A DNA stretch of 64,000 nucleotides from Parcubacteria group bacterium GW2011_GWC1_45_13 (GTDB lineage: Bacteria; Patescibacteriota; Minisyncoccia; UBA11713; 2-01-FULL-45-33). The notes beneath the pieces were generated by a model, which saw nothing but the letters and a program-made list of their open reading frames with translations, did no database searches and was not told the DNA's origin. This document shows positions 9,224-16,972 of this stretch, piece after piece; positions within the stretch are counted from its first letter, which is position 1, and each line of letters begins with the position of its first letter. The position numbers and the translations under genes are program-made. The stretch lies in NCBI GenBank assembly GCA_001001285.1, contig LCKG01000001.1:39223-103222 (forward strand), read 5' to 3'.

Positions 9224-9939
9224 TTTTTGTATTTAGTTGAAAACAGCATAAGCTCAACCCACAAAAAAGCCAGGCGCCACAAAGTCAGGAACACGCGCTT
9301 GAAATTGAAAAACTGGGAAGTGCCGTAAATGCGAAAATAGTGCGAAACCCCAACTTCCGCAAAACGAAAACCGGCATTCTGGATTTTTTTTACAAGTTCT
9401 ATGGTGATAGTTCCGGTGTCACTCTTAAGTTCTACGACATCAAATACTTTCCGCCGGATTAAACGAAAATCGCAATCAGGGTCCTTAATCGGCATCCAAA
9501 ATGCCCATCTCATCGCGTGTTGATACAACCAGCCGACAATAACGCGGTGCAAAGGGTCGGCTCTCTTTATTTTATAACCGTTGACAATATCCACATCGTC
9601 CGTCAATTTATTCCACAGCCGCGGCAATTCGCTCACGTCGTATTGCCCGTCGCCGTCGGTATAAAAAACAAGCTCTTTTGTTGCGGCTCCAAATCCGCTT
9701 CGCAGCGCTCCGCCGTATCCTCTGTTTTTTTCATGCAAAACCAATTTAAATTGCGGTATTTCCCCTTTTAATTTCAAATCCATCAGCAAGTCCCTGCTGC
9801 CGTCCGTTGAACCGTCGTCTATCACTATAATTTCAAAATCATTAGTTAATTTTTCCGCCACCCTTTTAGCGTCCAAGACCAAGGTGCCGATAGTACCTTT
9901 GTCGTTGTAGCAAGGGAAAAAAATAGATAAAGATTTCAC
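9220..9939 (-). CDS. GT2-family glycosyltransferase
   Basis: Motifs IFFPCYNDKGTI, EIIVIDDGSTDGS and the DxD region YTDGDGQYD. Apparent GTG start overlapping the RmlA stop. Confidence 0.8.
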   Translation of the reverse strand: MKSLSIFFPCYNDKGTIGTLVLDAKRVAEKLTNDFEIIVIDDGSTDGSRDLLMDLKLKGEIPQFKLVLHEKNRGYGGALRSGFGAATKELVFYTDGDGQYDVSELPRLWNKLTDDVDIVNGYKIKRADPLHRVIVGWLYQHAMRWAFWMPIKDPDCDFRLIRRKVFDVVELKSDTGTITIELVKKIQNAGFRFAEVGVSHYFRIYGTSQFFNFKRVFLTLWRLAFLWVELMLFSTKYKK

Positions 9940-10673
9940 GATTCAAGAAATTTATTTTTCATAAAATTGCCCGCCTCAATTAAACTGTCGGGGGTTCCCG
10001 CATCAAACCACGCTTTTTTAAGCAAAACCGACTTTAATTTGCCTTCTTCAATATATTTGTTGTTTATATATGTAATTTCATATTCTCCGCGCTCGGATAC
10101 CGGTTGTCCTACCATTTTTCTAAAAACCGAATTGTCATAAATATAAACTCCGGTGACAGCAAGGTTAGATTTTGGGCTTTTTGGCTTCTCTTCAATTTTT
10201 AAAACATGCCCAGTAGCATTCACCGCAGCCACTCCAAAGCGATGCGGGTCTTTAACTGCTTTTAAAAAAACTGTCGCGCCTTCCTTAAAATTAGCAATGT
10301 GCTCGCCGATGTCGTCTTCCAAAATATTATCTCCCAGATAGAGCACGCAATTATCGTTGCCGATATAATCTTTCGCTATCCAAAGTCCTTCTGCGATGCC
10401 GGACGGGCCGTTTTGGATTCCGTAAACTATCTGAATCTGCTTGCCGTTATTTTTTGAAATAAAATTCTGCCCCGATCCCAGCAGGTTGACGAAGTGCTCA
10501 ACCTGCCGAGGCGAAGTCACCAGCATGATCCTGTCTATGCCCGCCTCAACAAGCTTTTCAATGGCATAGTAAATGATCGGTTTATTATAAACCGGCAAGA
10601 GGTGCTTATTGGTAACCAACGTAAGCGGGTGAAGCCTGGTGCCGTCGCCTCCGGCAAGAATTACTCCTTTCAT
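9936..10673 (-). CDS. rmlA: Glucose-1-phosphate thymidylyltransferase-like sugar-phosphate nucleotidyltransferase
   Basis: N-terminus MKGVILAGGDGTRLHPLTLVTNKHLLPVYNKPIIYY matches the RmlA signature. Adjacent to RmlB, with an ATGA overlap. Confidence 0.75.
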   Translation of the reverse strand: MKGVILAGGDGTRLHPLTLVTNKHLLPVYNKPIIYYAIEKLVEAGIDRIMLVTSPRQVEHFVNLLGSGQNFISKNNGKQIQIVYGIQNGPSGIAEGLWIAKDYIGNDNCVLYLGDNILEDDIGEHIANFKEGATVFLKAVKDPHRFGVAAVNATGHVLKIEEKPKSPKSNLAVTGVYIYDNSVFRKMVGQPVSERGEYEITYINNKYIEEGKLKSVLLKKAWFDAGTPDSLIEAGNFMKNKFLES

Positions 10674-11671
10674 ATTTTTATATGCGGATTTACGCCGCTA
10701 TTCTTATTTAAAACGCTTTTAAGCCACGGCTTGTTTTTATCGTACCATTTTATCGTGTGCGCGAGCCGGCTTTCCAGAGAATGCTTAGGTTGCCAGCCAA
10801 GCCGCCTTAATTTGGAAGAGTCAACAGAATAACGGCGGTCATGCCCGGGTCTGTCTTGTACAAAAGTTATTAAGTTTTCGGGCTTTTTAAGCGTTTTTAA
10901 AATCTCTCTGGCAATTTCTAAATTGGAATATTCCTCGCCGCGGGAAACCGGATAAACATCGCCGACCGCCCCGCGCTTGAGCAACATAAGCAGAGCGGCT
11001 GAATGGTCATCCACATAAAGCCAATCCCGCATATTTTTTCCATCGCCGTAAAGCGGCAATAATTTACTTTGCATTGCGCGCATCGCAAAAAATGGTATTA
11101 GTTTTTCCGGATACTGCCTCGGCCCGAAATTATTTACTGAACGGGAAATAATCACGGGTAATCCGTATGTTTTAACATACGATATGGCTAGTAAATCGCC
11201 GGCGGCTTTTGAAGCGGCGTATGGAGAATTTGGTTTCAACGGAGAACGTTCATGAAATTTTTCTTTGGATTTCAAATCCAAATCTCCCCAAACCTCGTCG
11301 GTTGAAACATGAATCATTCTTTTAATATTTGGAGAATGCTTCAGCGCTTCTAAAAGCGAATGCACGCCTAAAACGTTGGCGCGCAAAAAATCGCTGTAGC
11401 TGCCATGAATGGACCTGTCCACGTGGGTTTCGGCGGCAAAGTTTACAACAAAGTCCGCTTGCTTCATTAAGCGCTTCACCAAATCGGTATCGGCAATATC
11501 TCCTTTTACAAATTTGTGGCGGTTTGCCGGAATTCCTTTTAGGTTTTCTTTGTTGCCGGCGTACGTAAGCAAATCCAAATTTATGACTTTGGCTCTATTA
11601 AAGTTCTTAAATAAAAAATGTATGAAATTAGACCCCATAAATCCGCACCCGCCGGTTACAAGAAATGTCAT
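10670..11671 (-). CDS. rmlB: dTDP-glucose 4,6-dehydratase
   Basis: Motifs MTFLVTGGCGFMGSNF and HVSTDEVWG, the catalytic YAASKAAGDLL (YxxxK), and a length of 333 aa all fit RmlB. Confidence 0.85.
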   Translation of the reverse strand: MTFLVTGGCGFMGSNFIHFLFKNFNRAKVINLDLLTYAGNKENLKGIPANRHKFVKGDIADTDLVKRLMKQADFVVNFAAETHVDRSIHGSYSDFLRANVLGVHSLLEALKHSPNIKRMIHVSTDEVWGDLDLKSKEKFHERSPLKPNSPYAASKAAGDLLAISYVKTYGLPVIISRSVNNFGPRQYPEKLIPFFAMRAMQSKLLPLYGDGKNMRDWLYVDDHSAALLMLLKRGAVGDVYPVSRGEEYSNLEIAREILKTLKKPENLITFVQDRPGHDRRYSVDSSKLRRLGWQPKHSLESRLAHTIKWYDKNKPWLKSVLNKNSGVNPHIKI

Positions 11672-11696
11672 ATCTATTACAACTTAGCAGAAAAAT

Positions 11697-12335
11697 CTAA
11701 GGTTTGGCAAGCAAAAGGTGGAATGTATTGAAATAGAGAGGGCGCAGTAGAATGCGGTATAAAATTAAAAGAGGAAGTGCGAAATTCCAAAACTTTTTTT
11801 TGATTTTTTTTTCTCGGATATCCGAAACGGAAAAACCGGCCGCGCGGAGAAATTTAAAAACTCGTCCGTAAGTATAATAATGCATCGTGGCCAATTTTTG
11901 CCGGCCGGCCGAGCCGTCGTTTTTAGTTCTGCCTAAAAAATTTAAAATCGGCTCGGTCCAGCTTCTCGGCATCCAATTTATAAAATACAAGCGATAATGA
12001 TAATCATAAACGCCGAATCTGTTGTGAAAGCTTATATAGCACTTGTTTCCCGGCTTTAAAACCCGGAAAATTTCACCGCAAGCCCTTCGCGGAAATTCAA
12101 TGTGCTCTGTCACCTCTGCGCAATTTACGAAATCAAAATAATTGTCCGGAAACGGCAAACTCTCAGCGCTTGCCTTTACGACTTTTTCAAAAATGCGCTC
12201 CGGGTTTAACTCAACTCCATGAGCGTCAAACCCCAAATCAGCCATCTTACGCAAAAAATTGCCCATGCCAGAGCCGACATCCAAGACCTTGCCGCCAGGT
12301 TTTATAAATTGTCCGCAATATTCAGCGTGGCTCAT
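11697..12335 (-). CDS. Class I SAM-dependent methyltransferase
   Basis: Motif VLDVGSGMGNFLRKMADLG followed by DAHGVELNPERI. The C-terminal coding region contains T8 and T10 homopolymer tracts. Confidence 0.7.
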   Translation of the reverse strand: MSHAEYCGQFIKPGGKVLDVGSGMGNFLRKMADLGFDAHGVELNPERIFEKVVKASAESLPFPDNYFDFVNCAEVTEHIEFPRRACGEIFRVLKPGNKCYISFHNRFGVYDYHYRLYFINWMPRSWTEPILNFLGRTKNDGSAGRQKLATMHYYTYGRVFKFLRAAGFSVSDIREKKIKKKFWNFALPLLILYRILLRPLYFNTFHLLLAKP

Positions 12336-12925
12336 TTTTTAAAAATAAAGAACTTATAACCTAGAAAGTTGCATAGGGCGGAGGTCGGTATAAGAACCAA
12401 AAGCGCGAGATTCGCCCAAATTTTTAAATCAAAACCGGAAGGGGCGCCGATAGTATTTATCATAAGATGCATAAACAAAAGCCCCAAAAGAGACGTGGCG
12501 ATTGTCATGCTAAAAAATTTTGCGTATTCTGCGCGCGCGTTGGCTAAATTGTTCGCTTTAAAAATCCAGAATTTATTCCACAAAAAACTTTGCGTTATGG
12601 TTATCGCAAAAGCTATGATTATAAAAACGTCCGCCAGCCAACCCCTGGCAATGCCCGTAATCAAAATGAAAAAGTTGAAAATGCCCGCGTCCAGAAAAAA
12701 ATTGAAGCACCCGATGAGGCCGTATTTCCCCAATTCCAGCAAAACCGGCCGCCTTGCCGACATCAAATAAATCAAATAAAAACCGGCAAGTGCGGCCGCC
12801 GGCGCAAAAATTAGCCAGACAGCAACAAACACCGGTTCAAAAAAATTTATATTTTTTAACGTCGGCAAAGTTAAAAGCGCGATGGCTTCTCCCACAATTG
12901 CTGCCCGCAATAGATCAAATCGCAT
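12332..12925 (-). CDS. GtrA-family membrane protein (polyprenyl-phosphate-sugar flippase-like)
   Basis: Four TM helices and the GtrA-like segment GLIGCFNFFLDAGIFNFFI. The start was moved to the internal ATG at 12923-12925 (MRFDLL), which removes a 100-nt overlap with the upstream SDR gene. Confidence 0.65.
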   Translation of the reverse strand: MRFDLLRAAIVGEAIALLTLPTLKNINFFEPVFVAVWLIFAPAAALAGFYLIYLMSARRPVLLELGKYGLIGCFNFFLDAGIFNFFILITGIARGWLADVFIIIAFAITITQSFLWNKFWIFKANNLANARAEYAKFFSMTIATSLLGLLFMHLMINTIGAPSGFDLKIWANLALLVLIPTSALCNFLGYKFFIFKK

Positions 12926-12927
12926 AA

Positions 12928-13971
12928 TCAAAAAAAATACTTGGCTATTTTCAATATCCCCTGCTTCCAAGGCACGCGATGGGAAACTCCGGTCTGGTTT
13001 TTGAATTTTTCCAGATTGGCCAAATACCATTCGTAATTCCTGACCAGCGCCTGCTTATTTGAATACTTCGGACGGAAACCCAAAATTCTTTCCGCTTTTT
13101 CTATTGAAACAAAAGAATCTTTGTGCGCCGTCTCATACACCCATTTATAAAGCGGGGAAAGCCTCAAAATCTCCAGAAAACGCAGCGCCCAAATCATTGG
13201 AGTCGCCGGGAAGCCGATGATTTTTTTGCCGAACCTTGCGCGGTCCAAAACCGCCTGGTAATCTTCGCGCATCGTCGTAAATTTTTTCGCGCCGATATTA
13301 AAAACACCGTTGGCTTTTTCTTTCGGTAAAGTTGCCGCAAGCCAAATCGCCTCGCAAAGGTCCTCAACGTCCAAAAGCTGGTAGCGATTTTTGCCGTTGC
13401 CGATCATCGGAAACCCGTGCCCCGTGCTCGCCCAATCGTAAAAAAGCGCGAACACGCCCAGCCGCTCCGGTCCTATAAATGATTTAGGGCGCAAAATCGT
13501 AACTGTGAACCCGTCTTTTTTGGCATTTTCGCAAAATTTCTCCGCCATAATCTTCGCCTCACCGTAAGGCCCGACTCCCTGAAGTTTGTCGTTTTCATAA
13601 ATCGGGTGGCGGTCCGGAATGCCGTAAACCGCCGTGCTGGAGATATGTATAAATCTGCTGACGTTATGTTTTTTGGCGCTTTCTATAACATTTCTCGTGC
13701 CGCCAATCTCCGTGGATAAAATATCTTTTTTAGAATAAAGCGGGAGCGCGGCGGCTGTATGGACGACCACATCAACTCCGTTTACGGCTCCGTCAACCGC
13801 GACTTTATCCCGGACATCGCCTAAAACACTTTCAACACGGTTTTTTTCCGGATAATCAAACGGCGCCAAATCTAAAATTCTTACCTTCTGCCCTTTTTTG
13901 AGCAGAAAGCGCGCGAGATTGATTCCCAAAAATCCTGCGCCTCCGGTGATTAAATATTTTTTTACTTCCAT
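12928..13971 (-). CDS. NAD-dependent epimerase/dehydratase (extended SDR)
   Basis: Motif ITGGAGFLGINLARFLLKKG and the catalytic region PYGEAKIMAEKF (YxxxK). Confidence 0.8.
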   Translation of the reverse strand: MEVKKYLITGGAGFLGINLARFLLKKGQKVRILDLAPFDYPEKNRVESVLGDVRDKVAVDGAVNGVDVVVHTAAALPLYSKKDILSTEIGGTRNVIESAKKHNVSRFIHISSTAVYGIPDRHPIYENDKLQGVGPYGEAKIMAEKFCENAKKDGFTVTILRPKSFIGPERLGVFALFYDWASTGHGFPMIGNGKNRYQLLDVEDLCEAIWLAATLPKEKANGVFNIGAKKFTTMREDYQAVLDRARFGKKIIGFPATPMIWALRFLEILRLSPLYKWVYETAHKDSFVSIEKAERILGFRPKYSNKQALVRNYEWYLANLEKFKNQTGVSHRVPWKQGILKIAKYFF

Positions 13972-14357
13972 AATATAACTGAAATAAAATCGTCAACTAA
14001 ATAAGTAAATTTCACAAAAAGCGGTTCTTTGCCGGAAACTTTTCTTTTGATTTTAATGAATTCCGCGCCGATATTTTTCGCGAATAGGCCGTCTGTTAAA
14101 AACTTATCGCCGATCACTATAACTTTTTTACCGGCCATATCAACGCCTTTTGCCGCTTCGCGGCTCGGCTTTTTTATATTGTTCCCTTTGTTGCTGATTA
14201 AATGAACTTCGTTTTTGGCCTTAAGCTCCGCCAGCTTATTTAAAACCTCCTGGTCCATCTCCTGGTCTCCGTCGGGCCGCAAGGTTCCGTCAATATCCAA
14301 AAAAATAACCACGCCGGACCAAGGCATATCCAGTTCTTCAAAAAATTTATTTGGCAT
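13962..14357 (-). CDS. HAD-superfamily phosphatase (YqeG/IIIA-like)
   Basis: DIDGTL catalytic motif and the C-terminal GKKVIVIGDKFLTDGLFAKNIGAEFI motif. Overlaps both neighbours in an operon-like arrangement. Confidence 0.5.
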   Translation of the reverse strand: MPNKFFEELDMPWSGVVIFLDIDGTLRPDGDQEMDQEVLNKLAELKAKNEVHLISNKGNNIKKPSREAAKGVDMAGKKVIVIGDKFLTDGLFAKNIGAEFIKIKRKVSGKEPLFVKFTYLVDDFISVILWK

Positions 14358-15216
14358 ATAAAATTATGGCGGCGGAAACAATCAGCCAGACAAAAACAAC
14401 TGCCAACAAATTTTTATCCAGCAAAAAATCGTCCGTCGGGCCATCGTCGCTACGCGTTTTTATGTTTATCAAAAATAGATACCTAAAAAGCCCGTAAAGC
14501 ACGACGGGAATCGTAACCATAAGAAGCTTGCTGTGCTCGGAGCTGAAAGTGTAAAAAGCGTAAGTGATAATGGCGGAGGGCAAAACAATGGAGTTCATCT
14601 GGTCAAGTAGGGCTAGGGAATATTTGCCAAGCCCTTCCCGCGTTTCAGCTTCCTCCGCGTGCATAAGCTCGTTTTTTCTCTTGGAGATCGCCAAAAACAG
14701 CGTAAGGAAAAAAGTTGAAAGAATCAGCCATTCGGAAAACCTGACATTAATTGCGACCGCCCCGGCGATGACGCGGATAACAAATCCCAATGCGATAACA
14801 ATCACGTCAATTATCACGAAACGCTTAAGATAAAATGAATACAAAATATTAAGCGCCAAAAATCCGATAACGGCGAGCGCGAAAAAATTATTTATGTAAA
14901 AACTCCAGAAAACAGCCAGCGCGCCGAAAACCGCGGCGGCGAAAATGGCTGCGGACGCCGGAAGCTTTCCGGAGGCAATCGGCCTTAAGCGCTTTTGCGG
15001 ATGCCTGCGGTCATACGGCGCGTCCACCACGTCATTTATCAGATAAATCGCGCTCGAGGCGAGGCAGAAAATTACGAAAGCTTCAAAGACAGCCGTAAGC
15101 TTTTCAATATCCGAAAACTGCTTTACGAAAATTATGGCGGCAAAAAGAAAGAGGTTTTTAATCCATTGCTTCGGCCGCATTGAGATTATAAGATTTTTGA
15201 TAACGCTTCCGCCCAT
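14347..15216 (-). CDS. UbiA-family prenyltransferase, decaprenyl-phosphate phosphoribosyltransferase (DPPR synthase)-like
   Basis: Motifs RPKQWIKNLFLFAA and NDVVDAPYDRRHPQKRLRPIASG (the NDxxDxxxD motif) and 8-9 TM helices. This resembles the Rv3806c-type enzyme family, based on recall of that family's motifs. Confidence 0.6.
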   Translation of the reverse strand: MGGSVIKNLIISMRPKQWIKNLFLFAAIIFVKQFSDIEKLTAVFEAFVIFCLASSAIYLINDVVDAPYDRRHPQKRLRPIASGKLPASAAIFAAAVFGALAVFWSFYINNFFALAVIGFLALNILYSFYLKRFVIIDVIVIALGFVIRVIAGAVAINVRFSEWLILSTFFLTLFLAISKRKNELMHAEEAETREGLGKYSLALLDQMNSIVLPSAIITYAFYTFSSEHSKLLMVTIPVVLYGLFRYLFLINIKTRSDDGPTDDFLLDKNLLAVVFVWLIVSAAIILYAK

Positions 15217-15266
15217 TAGATTAACAATTATAGTAAGATAATTTTGACTATTTTACAAGCTATTGA

Positions 15267-15297
15267 CCGAGGTCGCGCGATCTCGGCATTTTTTATT
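15267..15297 (+). terminator. GC-rich palindromic hairpin followed by a T-run (plus-strand orientation)
   Basis: A 20-nt palindrome ccgaggtcgcgcgatctcgg (one G-U pair) followed by cattttttatt. It is oriented for the plus strand although both flanking genes are on the minus strand. Confidence 0.4.
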
Positions 15298-15307
15298 GCT
15301 TACTTCA

Positions 15308-15346
15308 TCAACTCAACCACTTCTCAAAATCAGCGAGGAATTGGTA
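15308..15346 (-). pseudogene. Remnant of a transaldolase 3' end (12 codons plus stop)
   Basis: Minus-strand translation gives YQFLADFEKWLS*. The intact transaldolase C-terminus at 21144-21186 reads NQFLSDFEKWLS*. At the nucleotide level, 34 of 42 positions are identical over the 14 aligned codons, and there is no similarity outside the coding remnant. Confidence 0.5.
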
Positions 15347-15348
15347 AA

Positions 15349-15768
15349 TTATAATCCGACAGCCGCTTTAACATAAGAAATAAAATTTCTTACTTGCGGC
15401 AAATTATTTTGTAAAACATCGTAAACAACATCTATCCTCAAATCGTGATAATCATGCGCCAAAGCGTTGCGAAAGCCGACAATTTTGTGAAAATCGGCCA
15501 AAAACTCGTTTGGTATAATTTTTTCTTCTCCCAAAATATCCAGCGCTTCGCGCATTGTTGTCGGCTTGCGAAAATTTTTATAAGCCACCACCGCCTCTGC
15601 CAAATCTATAACGGCTTGAGCCACAATATAGAGCTCGCGTTCAGTCGCGCCCTTAATCATTAAATTGGTTTCCAAATCATTGAGTGAGTACTTTTTGTAG
15701 CCTTCAGCAATTTCCAGATGCTTGATGATATAACTAATTTGATTTTCTATAACTTGGAGATTGCTCAT
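15349..15768 (-). CDS. hepT: HepT-like HEPN-domain toxin (DUF86)
   Basis: The C-terminal Rx4-6H motif (GFRNALAHDY) identifies a HEPN RNase. It overlaps the upstream MNT gene. Confidence 0.7.
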   Translation of the reverse strand: MSNLQVIENQISYIIKHLEIAEGYKKYSLNDLETNLMIKGATERELYIVAQAVIDLAEAVVAYKNFRKPTTMREALDILGEEKIIPNEFLADFHKIVGFRNALAHDYHDLRIDVVYDVLQNNLPQVRNFISYVKAAVGL

Positions 15769-16169
15769 TTTGCGCGGGTTAAATTATATTTTTTAAGCAG
15801 ATAAATAAAATCAAAATATTCATTAAGGGTTTTTGGCTCTAAAAGCAGCCTGTTTGGTTCGCGCTCAAAAATTATCTTGCCGCCGGAAATAATTTGATAT
15901 TTGAGTTCCGGCGATTCAATATCATTGATGCTATGAACATCAACTTTATCCGTGGCGAGTATTCTGGAAATTTCCGAAGAAAAATAGAAAACCATCCGCC
16001 CTCTTTTTATTGGGTCGTTTTCCATAAAATAAATTCCGAAATCATAATCGCTCTGGGGCCCCGTTTTACCGCTTGCTTGCGAGCCAAAAAGATAAACAAG
16101 GCCGACGGCCGGTTCGGCATTAAAGACATCCGATAATTTATCTTTTATTTCTTCAACAGCTTTATTCAT
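15765..16169 (-). CDS. mntA: MntA-like minimal nucleotidyltransferase antitoxin
   Basis: GS-x9-13-DxD motif (LFGSQASGKTGPQSDYDFGIY). Paired with HepT through an ATGA-type overlap. Confidence 0.7.
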   Translation of the reverse strand: MNKAVEEIKDKLSDVFNAEPAVGLVYLFGSQASGKTGPQSDYDFGIYFMENDPIKRGRMVFYFSSEISRILATDKVDVHSINDIESPELKYQIISGGKIIFEREPNRLLLEPKTLNEYFDFIYLLKKYNLTRAK

Positions 16170-16214
16170 ATAGCTTTTATAGTAAAATAATTGCGCCCAA
16201 TTTACAAGTTTTAT

Positions 16215-16886
16215 TTATAACTTATATTTTTTTATCTCGTCCGGGGATAAAAATCCGGGCCTTTGCTTGCCGTAAACAGCCCTTACTTTATGATTGGCAA
16301 CAAACCGGTTCATCAAAGAAGTCAGATAAAATTCGCCGTTAACAGGGTGCGGTTCGGGTTCATAAGTAAATATATCGCTATTTACAACCATAGTGCCGGC
16401 TACCGACATATTGGATGACGGATTTTTTGGTTTTTCTATAACTTTCAAAATATGCCCGTCATCCGAAAAAGTAGCCTCTCCTCCTTGCTTGGGATTATCC
16501 GTTGGCGCGCAAAGCCAGCTATACTCATGATTTAAACAATCCGCGATTTCTTTACGGCTAGGCATATCGTCTCCGTACGCAACCAAAAATCTTTCGCCAG
16601 GTGAAAATAAATCCTTACAGCAAAGCAAAGCAGTTCCAGAACCGTTTAAAACATCCTGCACAACGTAGCGTATTGCCTTGCCTTTATATTGTTCTCCAAA
16701 ATGCCGCTGAATTTGTTCCTTAAAATAACCGACAACGATTATAACTTGGTCAACTTCTTCCGGCAAAGCGTCAAAAATATAATCCAAAACGGTTTTATCG
16801 CCAATGCGAAGCAGTGGTTTGGGTACCGATAAAGTAAGCGGGAGCATGCGCCTTCCGCCACCGGCTGCTAAAATAACAGCTTTCAT
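16215..16886 (-). CDS. Sugar-phosphate nucleotidyltransferase (NTP-transferase domain)
   Basis: N-terminal motif MKAVILAAGGGRRMLPLTLSVPKPLL. Paralogous to the nucleotidyltransferase at 28316-28987. Confidence 0.7.
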   Translation of the reverse strand: MKAVILAAGGGRRMLPLTLSVPKPLLRIGDKTVLDYIFDALPEEVDQVIIVVGYFKEQIQRHFGEQYKGKAIRYVVQDVLNGSGTALLCCKDLFSPGERFLVAYGDDMPSRKEIADCLNHEYSWLCAPTDNPKQGGEATFSDDGHILKVIEKPKNPSSNMSVAGTMVVNSDIFTYEPEPHPVNGEFYLTSLMNRFVANHKVRAVYGKQRPGFLSPDEIKKYKL

Positions 16887-16908
16887 AAGTTTTTAGATAA
16901 TACCACAG

Positions 16909-16937
16909 TTGACTTTAATTGTAAAAATCTGTAGCAT
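16909..16937 (+). promoter_or_regulatory. Sigma70-like promoter candidate for the radical-SAM gene
   Basis: TTGACT, then a 17-nt spacer, then TAGCAT. A strong Shine-Dalgarno sequence (AGGAGGA) lies 5 nt upstream of the ATG at 16973. Confidence 0.4.
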
Positions 16938-16972
16938 CTAGATAGCAATCTTTGTAAATGTAGGAGGAAAGT

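Noticed and set aside
9936-10673. Calling the RmlA-like gene a heptose or mannose nucleotidyltransferase instead
   Set aside because: The N-terminal signature and the ATGA coupling with a clear RmlB homolog favour glucose-1-phosphate thymidylyltransferase. At 245 aa it is shorter than canonical RmlA, so confidence was kept moderate.
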